Below are positions 10,909 through 23,203 of a DNA stretch of 64,000 nucleotides, in pieces. Source of the stretch: Psilocybe cubensis (taxonomy: Eukaryota); contig CM039009.1 in assembly GCA_017499595.2 (NCBI GenBank), positions 1,364,001-1,428,000 on the forward strand. Direction: 5' to 3'. Under the pieces are notes generated by a model. That model was not told the origin of the DNA. It saw nothing but the letters and a program-made list of their open reading frames with translations, and did no database searches. Position 1 is the first letter of the stretch; the number at the start of each line of letters is the position of its first letter. The position numbers and the translations under genes were made by a program.

Positions 10909-13410
10909 ATGACGTTTTCTTCAATCGATCCTTTCGATCTACATGGTTTTGCATCTGAATCGGCAAAGCAGTACCGCGAACACATACAAGAGCTCGTCTA
11001 CTATGGGGAATCACGATTAAAACGAGCGGTGGACGAGATTTTAAAAAAACCGATGGAAGATCAAGCTCCATTCCAAAAATGCCTACGAAAAGAACTGGTT
11101 AGTAACTCAATTAATGGGATACCTTTTACTAATGGTTTTACAGCATTACTTTTTGACTTACGTGGGCTTGATCACATCAATGGGACAAGTTGTTGATGTA
11201 CCATTTACGCTGCGTTCGTTGGCATTTTCTTTAGGGAGAATTGCTCCAGAGGATCTACCCATGCAATTCAACGTCGAGTTCGTGCAAGCGCTTAACATAA
11301 CACGCGATGAAGACCGTGGGGAAGTAGTAGCGAGCTACAAAAGACCGTGGTGGGAAGAATTCAGGCCAAGTTGGCGATCTGTCATAGACGATGGTTCAAT
11401 CGGCGAGTGTTTATCACACCACAGGAAACTAATAGGAATAGAAAATAAACATCGTTTTATTGAGTCTCTTGGTAGCGATATCACTCCATCCTCGTTTGCC
11501 ATGACACCAGGAGAGCGAATGCTCTTTGAACCACTTCAGAACGCTCGGCGAACAATTATGGTAATGACTGAAGCTCAAACGAGCCATCAGAGTGTCATTT
11601 TCAGAAAGGCAGAGGAATACTGGAATCTGCATGACGCTTCGAAGGCCGAAGGGATGAATAGGGACCATTGGAAAATGGGCATTACCGAGATGGGTAACAA
11701 TATTACGGAGATTGGAGGTGTTGACTATGTTGATAGGTGCGTGTTTCTGCAGAGGAATAGCGTTCCAGCGGCGTTGATACCGAAACACCTAAGAATAGGA
11801 TATCAACACCGGCATTTCAACGTGCGACGTCATGCAATGACCCGCCTTTGGTTCGGGATTCAAAACACCGTTCGAAAGACTGGAAACCGTCAGAATTGGA
11901 TGATGATTACAGTCTCTCCCCGCTTCCGTCCCCTGCACTGCTGTACCGCTCAGAATCAATCCAAACCGATCAAGGCACCGTGCCTGTAGAAACTGTACCG
12001 CCCCATTCTGGTCCTGATATCTCGTGTGGTTCGCCAGAAGAAATGGGCGATCTTTCTATGCAAGCGTCACTATCACCAGGTTTTGCTAGCGCACGGTCCC
12101 GCGATGAAATGGCAGAGTTGTACGAGGATATAAAGCCCCATATCCAAGAACCTATCCAAAGTTACTCGCCCGAATTCCACCCACCCATCCGTATTCCTTT
12201 GGCAGATGAATTAGGAGATCTTTTCAGGGACATCCCTTCAACTCCAGGCCGATCATTTGATATGGAGATACTGGGGATACAGTCTCCTAATGTGCTCGCG
12301 ACATTATACGAGGAAATAACACCCCAATTCGGCATAGATCGCCAATCCTCGCCGGAAATCAAAACACTTCGCCTGAACCCTTCGGCAGATGATTTAGGAG
12401 AACTTTTCAATGATATTTTACCGCCCTCAGGCCTCTCTATCGATCCTGATATTACTGCAACGCGACCTTCTGATGTACGTTCAACGCGGGACGAGGATGT
12501 AACGCTCCAAATTAACGTAGATCGCCAATCCTCGCCGGAAATCTGCGCACTTCGCCTTAATCCTTCACCAGATGATTTAGTAGATCTTTTCAGGGACATT
12601 CTACCACCTGCAGGCCTGTACCCCAATCTTGATATTAATGGAACGCGGCCTTCTAATGTGCCTGCAACATTGTACAAGGAAATCACACCCCAAGTCGACG
12701 TAATTCGCCAATCCTCACCGGAAATCTATGCGCCTCACCTTAATCCTTCACCAGATGAGTTAGGAAATCTTTTCAGGGGTATTCTTCCACCTTCAGGTCC
12801 ATTTTCAAATGTCGAGTATACTGGAACTCAGTCTCCGCAAGAGTGTACAACAATGCGCGAGGATTCGACGCCTAAATGCTACCCATCTCGCCACATTGCT
12901 TCGACGGATGAATTAAGCGAACTCTTTATGGACATCCTACCTAATCCAGAGCCTTTGAAGAGGTCAGAGGCCCAGACCCCCAATAAACGTTCAGGGTTTA
13001 CAGAAGATACACCACCCACGTATCATCCAAACTGTTATATTTCATCACCGGACGAATTAGGAGAGCTTTTCAGGGACTTAAAACCTGCCTCAGAGCTGTC
13101 GGAGAGCCCTAGTGCCTACGTTGCACAGTCCCCAAATGACATTGCAGCACTTTGGCAAAATACTAACCAACCCAATAACCATTCACCTCGCCATAATGCT
13201 TCGCCAAATGAGCTGGGGGCGTTGTTTCAAGGTATTACACGGCTCGCTCAAACGACGGATAATAGTGCTAACACAGCACTGCAAGGTACCTCAAACGTCA
13301 TGTCTCGTCCACCAGCCTCGAGCAATATTCATGAAGATCAAAGTCTTTCATTGGGCAGTAGTAACCATCTGAATGGGCTCCCTTCCAAGAGGCAAAGACG
13401 TCAAAAATAA
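10909..13410 (+). CDS. Multi-exon hypothetical protein with C-terminal D-E-L-G-x-L-F-x-D-I repeats
   Basis: ORFs 10909, 11114 and 11848 can be joined by GT-AG introns. About 8 repeats of a DELGDLFRDI-like motif spaced ~50-60 aa apart. Confidence 0.6.
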
Positions 13411-14136
13411 GCCCTAACCAAACTATCTCTTGCCCTCTGTAACATTAGACAGAATAGAATAGAAGTATTAGAGTACAGAGTATTTAATTTTTTTTTTTTT
13501 GTGCTCGCTGCATTTCGCCCCATTATGGGCGTACTAGCTTACACCGGGGCGAAAAACCTGGGTCCGCTGAATACGAAAACCAGACGCTCAGTTCCCCGGG
13601 TCCGCTGAGCTGTAGCCTGTGCACACCAGATACACATACTCCGGACCCGCTGAGGTGTGACCATACACACATCTATTCGACGGATCGACATGCACCACTG
13701 ACCACAGTACGGCCTTTCCTTGTGTCTTACCATACAGCACACTGTTACACTGGAAAAGACTAACACACTCGATGGAATTGTAAATTTCTGTGTATCAGAG
13801 GGATGTTGTAGAGTATACGTACAAGCAACAGAAACTCGAGATGATGGTAGAAAGAGAGAGAGAAGGAATACTATTCTGAACAAGTAAAGGATAAACAGAA
13901 GACAGGCTGAATTTATAAAGCAAAGAACCAAAATCAGAAGCTAAGTAAGTTACATAGCCTACGTAAATTACCGATAATACAAGAGATATTGTCAAGCGAA
14001 ACATGGTTGATTCAAGAAAATGTAGGACCGGTGAGAAATACAAGACGTGTAATCTGGGTAAGAGAAAGAGAGGCACCAAGTTCGCCTGACCCTGCTCGGT
14101 TCGCATATGCTCGGAAAGTCGAAAAGTGGTCTTACC

Positions 14137-15017
14137 CTAGAAATAGTGAAGGAAATGAGCTTGTAATAACTCGATTTCCATTTCTGTCATCTTGGTCTGG
14201 GAAAAATTGGCGAATCTGTGCAAAAAGCCGTGTATATAGTCGGGGGTCCATCGAGAAACAGCGTAAATCATTTCTTGCTTTGTAATCCCAAAGGCATGAA
14301 AGTCCTGCAAAAGGTGTATCATGGAAGGGGAACAGGAGTCGAGAAAGGATGCAATTGCATCATTTTCATTCGAGTCATAACGCGACGGTGGGCGGGATAC
14401 GGTATTGGCTGACGATGAGGCTGGAAGTCTCACTGTTAACTCTGGTTGGGATGATGAAATTACCATACATACCATTGACGTTCTCCTCTAATCGTGAATC
14501 TGAGGAACTCGCCGATGTGGAAACCAACGGAACTATTTCAGGAAGGGTAAGTTTACTACGGGCTGGTCCGGGCATCTTCAATGAATTGGGGGTTGGGTAC
14601 ACCTTTAGTTGGTAAAAAAAGGATGAAGGGCCGTTATTTACTCACCCCTTTACGCTTCCGTACATTATAGCGCGCCATCTCAAGTCTCTCAATTATGTAT
14701 TGCTCCACAAGATCAAGTCTTTCACTTTGATCATTTTGCAGTGAGTGGTTAAAAATATCGGGGTATGCTTTTAATACCTGTAGGAAAAAAAAAAAAAAAA
14801 AAACTGTAGTAAGTAAAGGTCCATGCAAATTAAACACATAGTCCGTGCCCACCGTTTGACGAAACAATTTCCGTTGTTCAACTTGAAGAGAAGGTGGCAA
14901 ATCCAATGTTAAGCAATCCTGCCCAATTTTAATGATGTCGTTCTGTGAAGCAATGAGGATAATGTGCATGAATAGTATTGGAAATACTAACGACGATGTC
15001 CGAGACTGCTTGGTCAT
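14137..15017 (-). CDS. Multi-exon hypothetical protein (agaricomycete-type C-terminal helical domain)
   Basis: Exons in ORFs 14634-15017, 14375-14602 and 14137-14475. C-terminus FLDSCSPSMIHLLQDFHAFG...AVSRW. Start uncertain. Confidence 0.5.
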
Positions 15018-17567
15018 TATTCAAGCATACTGAGTTAAGCATGGCTTTTAGCTGACGCTCGCCCTATGTCATGCACTGTTAGTGTGTTGTACATAGTGGT
15101 GAATAGTACTGTTGTACTTGGCCTGTCTCTGTCTTGCTCTGAATTGTTTGCATTTCTGGAAGATATGGGAGGGCTTATTGTCTGTTGGGGAATGATAGAG
15201 GGGCAAGGGAAAGTTCAAGTTCAACTTTACGATCCCTCTTGTATCCGCCAATTTGACTGTGACGCTGTTCAATCGCTGTTCGGATCCGATATATCTGATC
15301 ATTCTGATGTGTGTTACTTTTTTTTAAACTCACCTGTCTGTCACCGTGCAGTGCGGCGCATTCAATGAATTTATTTTTAGTTTCCGTGGGCAGAGGGAAT
15401 TGCCATCGCCGGAAAGGCTCGGGTACAAAGGAGAGATCGACATTTACAGTTGGTCTGTTGGAGACTGTGTTTGATAGTAGGTTGGGATTGCATTGGGTGA
15501 TGAATGTACCTTTTGGTATTGAGGTATGTGTTGGGTGAGTATTTTTGATATTTTGTTTAAAATTACAACTTTAAAGATCTTTCAGGGAAATTAATACACA
15601 CATTCAATTGGACAAGCGCAACCAGCTGCGATTACACGCAACCATTTCAAACTGGAAGCCATAATCTGACACTGACTGATGTATGTTTATTCATGATGAA
15701 GGGGAGACACTGGGTAAATTCTGTATGACGTATACTTTTGTTGCCACGTATGTAAATCGGGCATGGGTCAATGACAACATCTACCTTATTGTAGGAACCG
15801 CTAAATTCCTGCGAGCGGAACAACGACTTAGCAGTTGTATGAATCACCCAGAATGCAAGACTCACAAAACGACGAAGTCCAGCACCTTGGCGCCCAAACC
15901 CTGCCAAACATGTGAGAACACGCCGCGCGCTTGTCAGTCAAATCACACCCATCCCCTGTCTGGCGTTTCCATCCCAATGTTTTATCGTCCATTTTCATTC
16001 TCAATACCTTTCCACAATTTCATCTTCCTCCACTATCTACCTATCACACTCGTCCTTGTATCTATCACACAAGAGTTACTCAACTTACAACCAACCGGGT
16101 AGCAGTGTTTTGTTTGTTCATGAAGCCGGTAGATAAAAATTCGTAAATAGAACTAGTATATAAGTAGTCGGGCAGTCTGTGAAAGCGGTAGTGGAAATTT
16201 ACCCTCGAAAATTTGGTTTCTCTCCGCTCCTTGTACGTTCTCAAAGCTTAGCTGGCTATCGAAGAAAATCTAGCAACGCTACCTAACTCTTGTAACCCTA
16301 CTTGTAAGGTGAGCCGTTGCTACGCACGGCAGATACGAGTCCTTGTGATCAATTCCGTTGGAATTTATCAGACATGTCGTTTAGGAGGGGCAGCATCCAG
16401 TATATTATAAGATTGTAATAGCTCCATCTAACTTGAAGACAAAGACTGGACTGAAAAGAATGAAATCACTAATGTTTAAGTTGTCCTATTGTAGATTTCC
16501 GAAGCATATTTCTCAAAAAAGTCAAAAACAAAACGAGATGTTAATATACAAAACATGTATTTGATTCGTTTTTATTTCGCGTATATCAATGGCCTCCAGC
16601 AGTGTAATCAACTAACTATTCATGGATTCTAGCCTCTTACAGGGAAGGATAAGCGGCATCCCAATCTAAAGAGAAAGCAATAGTCAATGCAGAAGCCTCT
16701 CAAATTCCAATGACGAACGACTGGAAATAGGATAAGAACTTGGCAAACGTCGATTCTGTCGACGTGCCTTCAGTTAAGAAGAAAAATGGAAATGGAAAGG
16801 AAACCACCACCACTAATGCTAAGAGTAACAAAAAGGCACTTACATCAGACGATCTGGCTGCAAAAGAGACCGAGAAACTGCAGGTACAAGGGAAGCGGAC
16901 CGAAAGTAAAATTCTCATAGTTAGTAGTGAATTTTTGTAGATTCAACAGAAAGGTTGTATTATGGTGAATTTACATGTTTTACACTCATCGTTTGAAGAG
17001 TCTAATACTCTATCCTATCGTCGTCATCGTCTTCCTGTGCTCGTCTGGGAAAAGGAAGAAGATTATTTGAGAAATAAGGAAAGTGGATGACAGGATTGGG
17101 GTTTGGAAACCACCTGGCGAACCAGATCATCATTGGTGTATGTTGAAGGTGTGGTGTGAGGGTGGGGTTCGCGGAAATTTGAATGCATGAATTTGACAAG
17201 ACTGAGATTGTTTGTGGATAGTGTTGCTGTGATATTCTCATCTTTCATCTTGCCATCGGTGGGTTCTTCGCCGTGGCGAGCTTCCAGATTTGACGAAACG
17301 TCCTCTTCGCCAAAAACCTCAGCCACATTTGACTCTGCATGCGAGGTCCCTTCTTGATCTGATGTTCTCAAGTTGGTGGCGACGTCAGTCTGGTCTTTGG
17401 CGAGTTCAGTGTCTTTGGGCGAGATGTGATGGCAAGCGGGATTACATTGTCCAAAGTCAATGTCAATTAGTACTTAGTACATAGTAGACATCCTAGTGTA
17501 GAAAGGTGAGGAACGCTCACCCGTGCGTCTTAGCACATCGATTGCTTGTTGCACGATAATAGATAGA

Positions 17568-20103
17568 TTACAAACAAAAGTCAATGTCAATGGGTTGATC
17601 CGAAGTACCTCCATACCACTGGTGTTGGCTGGCTTCTAACTTTTCCCGCGAATGAACAGGAATGTAGGGCATCTTATCAGCATCAATCTCCGCCGAGGAA
17701 TCCGAATCCTTATCACCAAATTTCTCGCCCTGTTCGTCCTGTCCGCCCTTCTCGCCTTCTTCGCCGTTCTCGTTCTCTTCGCCGTTCTCGTTCTCTTCCC
17801 CGTTCTCGTTCTCTTCCCCGTTCTCGTTCTCTTCGCCGTTCTCGCCCTCTTCGCCGTTCTCGTTCTCTTCGCCGTTCTCGCCCTCTTCGCCGTTCTCTCC
17901 CTCTTCGCCGTTCTCGTTCTCTTCGCCGTTCTCGCCCTCTTCGCCGTTCTCGCTCTCTTCACCGTTCTCGCCAATCCCGGTTTCATCACCAACCTTGCCC
18001 GAAGACTTAGAGAAAAGTCCTTTGCTGTCAAGAATTTTGGTTTGAGAGTCAGTTTGAATTCCTTGGTCCTTTGTACTCCCGCGGCGAAATGGGCAGGGAC
18101 CTTCTTCCCCTCTGTGGTAGGTATCATCGTGCATGTTCTCCATCGTTATTTCAACACCGACTAATTTATGAAGGACATCACTATGATAGGAATGCAGGAC
18201 TTCGAATTTGTTTGAGAGCATGTCTATAGCAGCCATGGAAAACGCCATTTTCGCTGCAATATAGTCGAAGCCATGGTCGTGATTAGCCAATTGCTTGTCG
18301 ATTCGCTTCATGACTTTGTTCATCTTAGTGATATTCTTCTCTAATCGGGCCAGGCGATCTTCATTAGGGTAAGCTTCATTATCTGCATCTGCTTTGTTGT
18401 CTTCCCAATTGCGAATATATGTCGGCCGTGTAGGTAGTGGGCCTGCTGGAGCACGAGCTTCACTTCGCGCCATATCTTCTGCCACCCATGCTTCCCAATT
18501 CCTGGCAAATTCTTCTACAAAGATGTAAGCATACAATTTGCATAATACTGGATGAATTCTTACCAATGTCTTTAGCCGCTCTCGCAGATTTCTCGGGAGG
18601 AAGTGAGCTAGACGATGCTTTGGGTGGTGCGGTGTACCTTGGTATGGCTTCCCATGATTTGAGTACGTTCTCTGTTTTGATCTTAGCCTCAGTGTAGACA
18701 AACTGATAATGTACCTTACCCATAGGATGTTTGTCTTGGTTGGTTTGGGAAGAATTGAGGTCTGCGGTCTGCTCGGATATAGGTTGCTTTCCATTGCTGT
18801 GCTTTGGATCTCTCAGCGCCGGCGAGTGATGTTGAGGGTCGTGATGGCCACAATTTTCATCTGGTTCAGGTGAGCCGGTTTCGCGTTTAGGCCTTTTTTG
18901 GCGATGCAATGGTTTTCCATGTTTTCTAGCTTCTTCAACAGGACCTGTGATATCTTCGTTCGCCTCAGGCAGCCTCCTCACAATAGTATCCCCTCGATTG
19001 TCACAGCGAACCCGATGCGAACCACAATAAAAGCAAGAGTACCCTTTATATGTGACACGGCAATTAATATTGCGATCTGCGCACTGAGCGCAGGGTTGGA
19101 GATGGACATAGTTGGTTGGAACAGGAGGTGTGCGATCCTGCTTTGTTTCAGAGCGGCCTTGCACCTTTATGTTCGTTTTAACGTTGGAATGTGGGGCGGG
19201 TTCTGGAGTAAGTTTGCGACCAAAGTTTTCAGTAGACGTTGGACCCTTTGCTACTGCTGCCATGGCTCGTGTGATTCGTTTTCCAGATGAAGTGTCCGAC
19301 GAGGGTGCAGGTGCTATAACACGAGTGTCTGGCGGATTGATATTAGAGGGAATATCTGATGGAACATATCCATCTTCGTTATTGTTGTCGCTTGAGTTTT
19401 CAATAGATACAAGTGTTTTTGGTGGTGGAAGTTCGGGGCTGGCTTGCCTGGCCTGTTGCACTCGACGTTTCTTAAGTGGAGGTGACGGTTCTCTAATGAG
19501 TGCGGAATGGTTTGCACTGTCGTTGACGATTGTCTCTGCGACTGTCTTGGTTTTCTCAGCGCTACTAGACCGCGAGCGCTTATTGGCGACTTGGTGTCGA
19601 GACTTTCTTGTCGTGCGTCTTGGACCCTCAGAGTCTTGGCGAATTCGGCTGCCCTCGCCATCCACATTTTGGCGAACGTGCACTTCTGAATGCTGGTCAT
19701 CCTTGCCTTCTAATGTGGGCTTCTGTACTGGTTCATCGTGCGGATCATCGATCTCACGTTGCAGATTTTGGCAGTATTCGAGAAACTCGTGGCTGCGATG
19801 CTCTCTCTTGCGGAAAGCGTGTCCATAAGCACTCAGAAAGGCGAAAAGGAAGTTATACTGGGGCTTTTCTTTTTCCTCCTTGAAGCGACCGCAGGTTGTG
19901 GCAACCGCTTTCTAAATTGTTGTCTCGGTGTATGGTCAACATGTAAAAAGAATATAACTCACTGCTGTTTCCAAGTGCGAATCCATAACTTTAGCAACAT
20001 CACCATCGACAAGGCTCTTCCGAATTTTTTGATCAAGTATCTTTATCGCCTCCTGGAACGTTGATAGATTATGGATAGATTGGAGCTCAGTGGATTCAGA
20101 CAT
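17568..20103 (-). CDS. Multi-exon protein with Zn(II)2Cys6-like cysteine cluster, coiled coil and acidic GEENEN repeat
   Basis: CAQCADRNINC-x8-CFYCGSHRVRC at ~19000-19090. Overlapping ORFs 18460-19683 and 17568-18794 can be linked by introns. Probable ATG at 20103 (MSESTELQ). Confidence 0.6.
17753..17972 (-). repeat. Coding 9/18-bp tandem repeat (GEENEN/GEEGEN)
   Basis: CTCTTCGCCGTTCTCGTT-type units repeated about 12 times. Confidence 0.9.
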
Positions 20104-20261
20104 TATGGAAGGATTTGGATTTGAGGTTGTATCGTAGCGGAAAGATAGAATTGTAATGTCTGACAAGCTAAAATGATTTTCTCGCGGCTGACGCCGGCAT
20201 GCTCGATCAGCATTGACTCTGCACTGCTCAATCAATTTGTAAGGTCGATTGTCTGGTTGAC

Positions 20262-20830
20262 ATGCCTCCTCAAAAAAACTCTTACTACTAGTGTCATCTT
20301 GATTTCGCCAGTTCCGAGAGGTTATAGGTTGATTAGTGGTCCAGGTGGTCAAGAGTACTTGGTGCCTTGCCATCTGGTTGAAGACATAAATCGTTTTTTT
20401 TTCTTTCTTTTGAATCCTATGAACATAAAAAAGGATGGGTTTAGAAAGGACAATGGCATCGGTACTATATACTCATCTTGTCCTGTGTCTATTGTACTGA
20501 CTTTCGCATTTGAAAAGGAAGAAAACACACATATGGAGACCGCCGCATCCCATAAAGGAGGCACATTTACTTCTCCCACCAAACCTTCTGTAAGCATCCG
20601 CTTTTCTATACAGATTTTAAAATTGGACATATCTGAAAGGCTATTGGCACTCAGGATTTGGCGCAATTAGGGCTACATGCCGATGTCATAGCTCTTCAAG
20701 AATTGCTTGACATTTCGTAACAGGACGCAGCACATAGGCTTTATCTGGCCGAAATAGAAAAGTGCAAAATGGGACATCAGACATTGGTTGCACTCAGACG
20801 CATTCAGGAAGATATTGATAAATGTATAAA
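20262..20830 (+). CDS. Small hypothetical protein (GYRLISGPGGQEYLVP motif), probably spliced; end uncertain
   Basis: ATG CCT CCT CAA at 20262, inside ORF 20173-20670. This is the source of the inverted copy at 5952-6340. Confidence 0.35.
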
Positions 20831-21100
20831 AGGGTTCGAAGATTATTGTAAGAAAGGAAAATGAATACATAATATAGTTTTTTTATAAAAAATATTAAGT
20901 GATGAGGTGGGCGAGCCGGCTGGCGAGCACGAAAATAAAGGCGAACGGTATATTATTATCATTTTCACATATCGTTTTTACGACGTAAAAATTGATGAGC
21001 GCCAGCAGTGAAAGTGAAACATTTGTATCGTCAGGCTTGACGAGGGTAAAAACAAAAGAAGGTAACAATAGATCTAACCAAGTCGTGCCACATTACACAC

Positions 21101-23203
21101 TCACGTCGCTCTCCCCGCCAGTGATAAGTAGTGACTGCGCTAAAATTTAATGGAAAAGAGGGCTTGTTCAGAACCATTCAAAAAAAGGGATATGGACCAC
21201 AACGTACCACCTGCACAATCTGCGACTTTGCAGGTTCGGGTATGTTGTCGATATGTTCCTGAGTCATACCCAACACTATCGATATAGCCTATAATATTCC
21301 CATTCACAACCACAACAGTGTAATTGAAAAGAATAGAGAAAATTGCATGTAAAACGGAACAAGTCATGAGGAAACATAAGACAACCTGTCAGTAAACAAA
21401 CACTCACACGTTGTTGTTCTGGATCCATCTCCACAAATGCCGTTGCTATTTGCGCAAGCTGTTGTTGCTGCTTTATTAACGGAGGTTCGACAAGTGTAAG
21501 TGGGGAGGTACAAGGCGACAACGACGGGTCGTGGCAGATCCTATGTAACTCAAGGAGATATTGGGCATGCGCATGGGGTTTTACGGCAATCGACGATTGC
21601 TCCCGTGTCGTTGGCATCAACTGACTTGAGGAATAATGCAGGCCATGCAATGGGGAGTATGGCGTATACAGTGGGTATTGGCTATCTGAACCTGTTGGTC
21701 CTTGGTCGATTGGAGATTGAGTTAGAGAACTACCAGCCGCAGCGGGTCGTCGCGAGGAAGCGAGCATACGTTCAATCATAATTGGATCAACAAATCGATT
21801 CAGTACGAGGGAATGGCAAAGTGCGTAGGCTAGCTGTGGGTACCTAATGAGCAGCGTTCGAGCTTTTTCAGGATATGTGATCACGAAAGCCTGAAAATGA
21901 AAAAGACAAAGGTTCCAATCAATACAAAACACCGCAAACAATGACGTTAAAACAGAAACTCAAATTCCGTTGCTCACCTTCATCTGAGCCAGGGCCTCGC
22001 GAACTTTACTCTCCGGTAACTCAGCCACGATCCATTTAATGTGGTCAAGTGCTGAAACACCACTCGGGATGGTTATCCCAGGTGGGATATTCGCTAAAAA
22101 TGTATCATTGTCATTCCACTGCCCTTTACCCCCGTCATTTGCATCCAAATGCATTCGGCTACGGTATTCGGATGACCCAGTGTAACCCCTATCCATTATA
22201 CGGCCTCTAACAGTCGTTTTTCCTTCCAGAAGAGGGTCCAAATCGGCCAAATCGACACGCAATGAACGACCTCCGCAGTCCGTATTATTGAGATTACGAA
22301 CAGCCAAAAGAGCAGTCTCGTGATCTTTGACATGAAAAGACAAGTGTCGCGTACGTGTGGTAGATATTGAAGCAGAGACAATGCAGTTTGCAGTTTCGGT
22401 GTTGATATACAAGGACAACGGGATGGGGTCGCGAATTAAAGTTTGATACGCACATAACAGTAAAGTATAACTGATTGCGCGGGTAAAAGGATTTCACATC
22501 AAGGAGATTTCAATGGATATAGGGTATACACATAACCATAACGGTCGCAGTATTCGAGGTAATCGAGCCAAGAACAAGCCGTGATTTGATTTTTGTTATG
22601 ATTAGTGCGTTGTACACACATTGAAATATATTGGGTTTCACGAAGAATGTATCATTCGAAAAAGGATGCGGCACATTGTTGTAATTCGTGGATATGAGGA
22701 GTGAGGTTAATTCTGGGTAAGTTAAGTAATTCGAAATTCGACACTCACGCGTTTGGGTGTATTTGAGACATACAAGACAATCGTGACAACAGAGTTGATA
22801 TAATCGCATCCCATTAAGTAGTGTAGGAATGAATAAAAGAGAAACTTAAAGATCAGACATAATACGTGTTGATAGGCAGGAAGAAGCGAGATAGAAGTAC
22901 CTGCAAATTCACAAAAGCCATAACCTTTTGGTTTTTCTGTGTCTCTGTCGAAGGCGAGCCTGTATAGAAGAGTGTATAGAGTTTAGTTGTAACCTCTCCC
23001 GAACAAGAATACGAAATACGATACCTAAATCCTACAACCTGACCAACAGCCTTGAAAATAATCACAATTTGTTCTTCTGTCATGTTAAAAGGCACATTGC
23101 CAACTTACAGGTCACCAATACGGACAGAGAAATGAGACGAAAAGGATTTGAGCACTCCAATAAAATACGCACCAAACACCACACGACTTTTGCTGTTAGA
23201 CAT
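21101..23203 (-). CDS. RNA15: CstF64/Rna15-like polyadenylation factor (RRM + hinge + C-terminal domain), divergent
   Basis: MSNSKSRVVF/VGNVPFNMTEEQ..FKAVGQVVGFR/LAFDRDTEKPKGYGFCEFA/DHETALLAVRNLN..GGRSLRVDLAD; hinge LAQMK/AFVITYPEKARTLLIRYPQLAYAL; C-terminus IVLGMTQEHIDNIPEPAKSQIVQV/RSHYLSLAGRAT*. Confidence 0.85.
22345..22788. mobile_element. Probable old solo LTR inside an intron of the CstF64-like gene
   Basis: TGTCGCG...CGTGACA ends with imperfect flanks (ACAAG / ACAGA). It accounts for most of an unusually long (~575 bp) intron. Confidence 0.45.

Noticed and set aside
13743-13980. Possible solo LTR
   Set aside because: LTR-like composition, but no matching inverted ends or TSD found.
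15957-16374. Possible solo LTR (TGTCTG...CAGACA with internal TATATAA)
   Set aside because: Flanks do not form a TSD; cannot be supported without other copies.
17636-18164. RTAK-repeat and hydrophobic VLFA-repeat ORFs
   Set aside because: Alternative-frame and antisense shadows of the GEENEN coding repeat.
5952-20627. The ~380-bp inverted pair as TIRs of a 14-kb transposon
   Set aside because: The repeat is a fragment of an apparent coding gene and no TSD is visible at the outer edges.
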